Of a DNA stretch of 20,000 nucleotides, positions 15,866-20,000 are shown one piece after another (position 1 is the stretch's first letter; the number at the start of each line of letters is the position of its first letter). The position numbers and the translations under genes were made by a program. Source of the DNA: an uncultured virus (IMG/VR IMGVR_UViG_3300028854_000017) (taxonomy: Duplodnaviria > Heunggongvirae > Uroviricota > Caudoviricetes). The DNA is taken from the IMG/VR virus record IMGVR_UViG_3300028854_000017; one strand, 5' to 3'. A model generated the notes under the pieces. The model made no database searches and had not been told where the DNA came from. It saw only the letters and a list, made by a program, of their open reading frames with translations.

Positions 15866-17218
15866 TTACCTACCTATAAGTTTCAAAATCATATCAACCG
15901 AATTCATATCTTTAGCTGCTGTCGTATTAGCAACGCTAATCTGGTTAACTGCGGTTTGTATGCCGCTTGTATTGGCTGCAGCTGTTACAGCTATAAATGT
16001 ATTAGGCGTGTCTTCTGCTATTGAGTATATTGCTCCAACATATGGAGGAACAGGGCCAGAACTTACAAGATTTGTTGGTACAGTTATCCCCATCGGAGTA
16101 ACCTGTGTAGCGAGTGTAGACGCATCTTTCATAAATTGTGTTGTGTCTTTCCACGCCAATTGAGCTGTGACACTCATCGTATTGAATGATGTTCCATTTT
16201 GAGCAATCATCATCGCTCCGCCAATAGAATTAAACGTTTCTTGAGCCATCATCGTTAAACCAGGCGTACTAGATGGATTGACAACCGATAACAAACCGCC
16301 TATACCACCACCCGCGTATGCTACTTGATTAAGGACTTCCATAGCAACCATCACATCTGAAGCAACAGCTGCAATAGTAGATAGAATGCTTCCCAATTTT
16401 GACCAGAACCCACTAGGAGACGATGAATTATTCTTATTGATCGTAACTGGAGGCCTCGAGTTGTTGGAGTTTACAACTTGAAAATCAGTGTTTTCTTGTG
16501 TAACTATAAACGACGCTTCATACATGTGAAGCAGCGGATTTGATTTGTTTCTGAGCAACTTGAACTGTTCTGGAACAACGTAATGAACCATTCTGTGTAA
16601 TTTGTCGATGATATGTACTGTTAATTTTTGCTCCAACTGAGATTGAGGAAAGTTGGCAGAGTTTGTGTCTCTCAAAAGGAAGTAATTATCAAACAAATTT
16701 TTCAGAGCCATCACGTTCGCATATCCGTCTTGGGCTTGAGATGTGGACCCACTAAAATTGTGCGTTCTCCATCCAGTATTCCCACGTAACGTAAGCCTCA
16801 CAATTGTTTTACCCCACACATCTACGAATGCACCGCTCATTGTTTGGGTGGCGTTTACACGATATGGAGTATCTAATACGAAATCATCAGGATTGATATT
16901 CATCGTCACAGTTGTTGGAACCGTGGTTCCACTCAAGCTATTCGACAACATCACGGTGAAATGATTGACGTGGCCTAACCACGATACAACATTGACAGGG
17001 GATGTACTATTCGTCCACCCATTTTCAGAAACGTTGGCATTGGCTAAAGCGGATGAATAAGGAGGCCCGAGAGTTGGAGTTGTTGCAGCTGATAACCCAG
17101 AATACGTTGAATCCGTGGTAAATGGCGCTGGTGTTGTGGTTACCGCTGCGGAGCTCAGCGGCGTTCCATACGTGGATGCCGTCAATGGTGTGCCACTACC
17201 AGCACCAGTAATAGACAT
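15866..17218 (-). CDS. Probable tube-fold baseplate / tail-tube initiator protein, 450 aa
   Basis: The central MNINPDDF...RVNATQTMSGAFVDVWG...LTLRGNTGWR...F.LLRNKSNPLLHMYEASF resembles tube-fold baseplate proteins. It lies between the spike and gp25-like genes. Confidence 0.6.
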   Translation of the reverse strand: MSITGAGSGTPLTASTYGTPLSSAAVTTTPAPFTTDSTYSGLSAATTPTLGPPYSSALANANVSENGWTNSTSPVNVVSWLGHVNHFTVMLSNSLSGTTVPTTVTMNINPDDFVLDTPYRVNATQTMSGAFVDVWGKTIVRLTLRGNTGWRTHNFSGSTSQAQDGYANVMALKNLFDNYFLLRDTNSANFPQSQLEQKLTVHIIDKLHRMVHYVVPEQFKLLRNKSNPLLHMYEASFIVTQENTDFQVVNSNNSRPPVTINKNNSSSPSGFWSKLGSILSTIAAVASDVMVAMEVLNQVAYAGGGIGGLLSVVNPSSTPGLTMMAQETFNSIGGAMMIAQNGTSFNTMSVTAQLAWKDTTQFMKDASTLATQVTPMGITVPTNLVSSGPVPPYVGAIYSIAEDTPNTFIAVTAAANTSGIQTAVNQISVANTTAAKDMNSVDMILKLIGR

Positions 17219-17220
17219 AT

Positions 17221-18345
17221 CTAACCAGCCTTCGTAATGCTCGTAGCATCCGTAGTAGTAATCTGTTGATCAGGTGTCGTTGTCGGACTACCTGTGCCAG
17301 TACAAGTGTGCTTATGGCTATTAAACTTATCAGCAACCTTTTTATACAGCAGAAGATTATCCAATTGTGAAGCGTTCGGTCCCAAAATTATGCTGTTTTG
17401 CTTTGCGGAATCGGTTTTAACCGTAATGGTCGTATTCGACTCAGCGGTTAATTGCCCTTTAACCGATTGCAGCGTGACATCACCAGCAACACTCTGCAGT
17501 ATAACATTCCCTCCCGCAATAATCTTCACCTGATTATTAGCTGAACTCGCACTGCTGGTATCCATCGGAGTGTTGATTACAACGTTTCCTGTAGCTTTAT
17601 CGATCTGTATCAGAACAGTTCCTTGTGCAGTGACAACCTCCAATTGGGCGTATAACTTACGGCTATTATTCAGGTTCCCATCAACACCCTTCTTCAGTTG
17701 GGTGTTCCACGCCATATTTGTCGGTTTTCCGTTCATGACGGATTTCCTATTACCCTTGCTCAAATCGACATGCACAGCGCCATCAACTGGTTGCGTCGGG
17801 GTCTCAGCTAATCTAAAGAAAGAACCATTAGGGTGTGCCCATTCATAATTTCCATCCACATCAGTAAAACTGTAAACATCGCTATTTGTTCTACTTATTG
17901 TAGCTCCAGCCAGTTTCTTAATTTGTGTTGTGGTTGGGGCTGGTAAACCGGGAGGAATATTCTGAGGGTCGAACAGCATTTGAGAGCGTTGTGGGAATAG
18001 GAAACCAAGACAAACCCACGAACTTTGTCCAAGATTGGCGTCTAATTTATCTATAACAGCGTATACATAATTAGAAGTTGGATCATCCAAATCTGGATTA
18101 TTAGAAGATAAACTTTCATACTTATATACATTAGGAACCTGTTTAGTGGTTCCATCATAAGACAACACAGTTCCAGCCTTATTTCCAACAGTTTTAAGCA
18201 CTGGAAGCGAAATCATTCCACCATTCGTAGATGCACCAAGAGTGGGTACATGGACACCATAGATGATTCCGCAACCCTGCTCAAGAAGCACATCTATAGT
18301 GTGAGCGCTGTAATCAACGTTAATAACTTTTCCTTGACGGGCCAT
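17221..18345 (-). CDS. Baseplate central spike (gpV/gp45-like), 374 aa
   Basis: OB-fold-like start (GKVINVDYSAHTIDV...VCLGFLF), beta-helix-like repeats (GNVILQSVAGDVTLQSVKGQLTAES) and C-terminal FNSHKHT with an HxH metal-binding tip (17308-17316) followed by TTTP. It follows the hub gene. Confidence 0.88.
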   Translation of the reverse strand: MARQGKVINVDYSAHTIDVLLEQGCGIIYGVHVPTLGASTNGGMISLPVLKTVGNKAGTVLSYDGTTKQVPNVYKYESLSSNNPDLDDPTSNYVYAVIDKLDANLGQSSWVCLGFLFPQRSQMLFDPQNIPPGLPAPTTTQIKKLAGATISRTNSDVYSFTDVDGNYEWAHPNGSFFRLAETPTQPVDGAVHVDLSKGNRKSVMNGKPTNMAWNTQLKKGVDGNLNNSRKLYAQLEVVTAQGTVLIQIDKATGNVVINTPMDTSSASSANNQVKIIAGGNVILQSVAGDVTLQSVKGQLTAESNTTITVKTDSAKQNSIILGPNASQLDNLLLYKKVADKFNSHKHTCTGTGSPTTTPDQQITTTDATSITKAG

Positions 18346-18348
18346 ATT

Positions 18349-19995
18349 TTAATATCCGTAATCAGCATAACGTGGATCGTCCTGCATTCTGTCTAAATGA
18401 GCTTCCCCACGAGTCAATGTTAGCATCGTCAACCACGATTCCATAGGAGTGAAATTCTGATGCACTTCTTCCACATAAAAAACGTGAACCATCGTGTCGA
18501 GTCGTTCATCCCAAAACGCTACAAACATTCCAGCTCGTATATCTTCTCGCCCACGAATAACCATCGAACCTTGTTCTAATTGCGAATTGTGTTCAAAGGC
18601 ATTAAACAAAGTCATTGCCAGTTGCTGCCCAACCTTAAACATGTCGGAAGTAGTTATATTCGAACCAAAATCGCTTCTGTAAAAAGCATTAGTATCTTCC
18701 AAACTACCAATTGTTTTTGGGTCCACTGATAGCAACTTGCTAGTGATTAGCAATTTTCTAAAACCAAACAACTCCATCCTAGAATATTCAAGCTTTGTCG
18801 ATTGAGGAAGAGTCACGCCAGTATCAGTAAACGAACTAGTATCAACCGTAAAATGTGGATTAAGGTTAGTAAGCTGCCCCATCGCTTGAGATTCGAATGA
18901 TTCTCCAATCCCACTATTCGTAGCATTAACCATGATATAGTTCCACACTTCTTGGTCGCTGCGACCTAAGTTATAGTTTACTATTTCACTTTGATCTATG
19001 AATATTGGCAATCCCTTCGCACATGCATCTATACTCCGTGAACCCAGTGGGGTGTACGTAGGGCCAGTTCCACTAAAACTGGTGGTTCCTACCCATTCCC
19101 TGTCTCTATCTCGCCAAGGGGTTGGTCTGAACACTAAGTAAGTGCCATCTGGAGCATCATCTGTGAATATCTCGATAAACGGCTTTCCAGTGAATTCGTT
19201 AAACAAGTCCGACACAGACATTTCCGTCGAGGCTATTGATGGGTCAACTACTCTGAGGCTATAACTCGCTACGTCATCACCTATCCCTTGGGCAGCTCTA
19301 TTTCCGTCTACACCATCCACATCAACATCTAATTCAAAAGGTGCTGCAATATTAACTGAGGATATTATGTCGTTGCTTTCGGAGCCGTTAGCTGAAGATG
19401 AATTACTCTGCGTCTGATTCCTGTTAGTGGTTGTTTTTAGAATGTTCTGAAAAGTTGGCGTGACAACTTCATTCCACACCATTGTTACTATCTTGGATGG
19501 GGTGCAATTACCCTGCAAAATATCGATTCCATATCCAAAAAACAACGGCGATGTAGTCCCAGAAGCAGCGAACACTTGACTCGGGTCTAAAGCATAAACA
19601 TAATGTATTACAGCATTTTTAATAGCTTTTCCATAATTCTCTCCAGAAATAACAATCGATCTAACAGGCTTTCCGCTAGACATATCTAGCGATTTAGATA
19701 TGGTGGTTACGAAACCCCTCATGATGGTTGTATAATCTTTCGATTCACGCTTCATCCTTATTTCACAATAAACCATCGGTTCTATCATATCGTATAGCGT
19801 TGCACCGTTAGTATCATCTCTTGGAACAAGGGTGATTCTAAAACTATTCGTCAAATCCTTACACGTAGCCTGCGTCTCTATTTTAGTCACGTAACCAAGC
19901 TGGTTGAATCCAGTGCTAAATGATTGTATTCCTGATGGAAGACCGAGAATTACATCGTATTTTGGATTGAACGTGTTGATATTGCTTGTGCTCAT
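18349..19995 (-). CDS. Baseplate hub protein (gp27/gpD-like), 548 aa
   Basis: F.ITL.P...IMRGFVTTISKS...I.ISGENYGK, PFIEIFTDD...LVFRPTPW, LGRSDQEVWN, and C-terminal GSMVIRGREDIRAG...FYVEEVHQNF...WLTMLTLTRG are hub-family motifs. A probable upstream stop TAA lies at 20000-19998. Confidence 0.85.
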   Translation of the reverse strand: MSTSNINTFNPKYDVILGLPSGIQSFSTGFNQLGYVTKIETQATCKDLTNSFRITLVPRDDTNGATLYDMIEPMVYCEIRMKRESKDYTTIMRGFVTTISKSLDMSSGKPVRSIVISGENYGKAIKNAVIHYVYALDPSQVFAASGTTSPLFFGYGIDILQGNCTPSKIVTMVWNEVVTPTFQNILKTTTNRNQTQSNSSSANGSESNDIISSVNIAAPFELDVDVDGVDGNRAAQGIGDDVASYSLRVVDPSIASTEMSVSDLFNEFTGKPFIEIFTDDAPDGTYLVFRPTPWRDRDREWVGTTSFSGTGPTYTPLGSRSIDACAKGLPIFIDQSEIVNYNLGRSDQEVWNYIMVNATNSGIGESFESQAMGQLTNLNPHFTVDTSSFTDTGVTLPQSTKLEYSRMELFGFRKLLITSKLLSVDPKTIGSLEDTNAFYRSDFGSNITTSDMFKVGQQLAMTLFNAFEHNSQLEQGSMVIRGREDIRAGMFVAFWDERLDTMVHVFYVEEVHQNFTPMESWLTMLTLTRGEAHLDRMQDDPRYADYGY

Positions 19996-20000
19996 AATTA

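Larger units (their letters stand above)
1..20000 (-). mobile_element. Baseplate/adsorption gene module of a contractile-tailed phage or prophage (both ends lie outside the window)
   Basis: Eleven complete co-directional genes plus one partial gene, mostly separated by a few bases or overlapping. They follow the usual hub - spike - gp25-like - J - I - fibre order. No host genes, integrase or att sites are visible. Confidence 0.9.

Noticed and set aside
580..18682. Numerous short plus-strand ORFs (60-117 aa) and the nested minus-strand ORF 3414..3704
   Set aside because: All lie within long, motif-bearing minus-strand genes and show no recognisable motifs. They are best explained as antisense or off-frame shadows.
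1..20000. Stop-codon reassignment
   Set aside because: Standard code 11 gives near-complete coding density with intact long genes. Both TAA and TAG end genes at sensible positions.
1..20000. Extracellular contractile injection system, tailocin or T6SS instead of phage
   Set aside because: No Afp/PVC-style ATPase, effectors or T6SS membrane components are visible, and gene order and families look phage-like. Capsid genes are outside the window, so this is not formally excluded.
1..20000. CRISPR arrays, tRNA/rRNA genes, introns/inteins, IS elements, intrinsic terminators
   Set aside because: There is almost no non-coding space, and I saw no periodic DNA repeats, intein or homing-endonuclease motifs, transposase, or GC hairpin with a U-tract.

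Overview
The whole window is one tightly packed minus-strand operon encoding the baseplate and adsorption module of a contractile-tailed (myovirus-type) phage or prophage, at roughly 40% GC by eye. Order of transcription (high to low coordinates): baseplate hub, central spike with HxH tip, tube-fold baseplate protein, IPT+LysM+gp25-like wedge protein, baseplate J, a small acidic coiled-coil protein, a 2412-aa gpI-like wedge protein, a standalone IPT/TIG protein, a small baseplate/fibre-attachment protein, a 1195-aa tail protein with a six-blade NHL propeller, a 222-aa unknown, and the start of a probable membrane protein. Main points of interest: (1) the baseplate J gene appears to begin at a non-canonical ATC codon behind a perfect GGAGGT site, 37 codons upstream of the ORF-track start; (2) the normally small gpI-like protein carries about 2000 aa of Ig-like domains plus a PA14-like lectin domain, like an adhesin built into the baseplate wedge; (3) several core proteins appear to carry domains nested inside other domains; (4) the next gene is a standalone paralog of the giant protein's last module. 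All family assignments come from motif recognition and gene order, not database searches.
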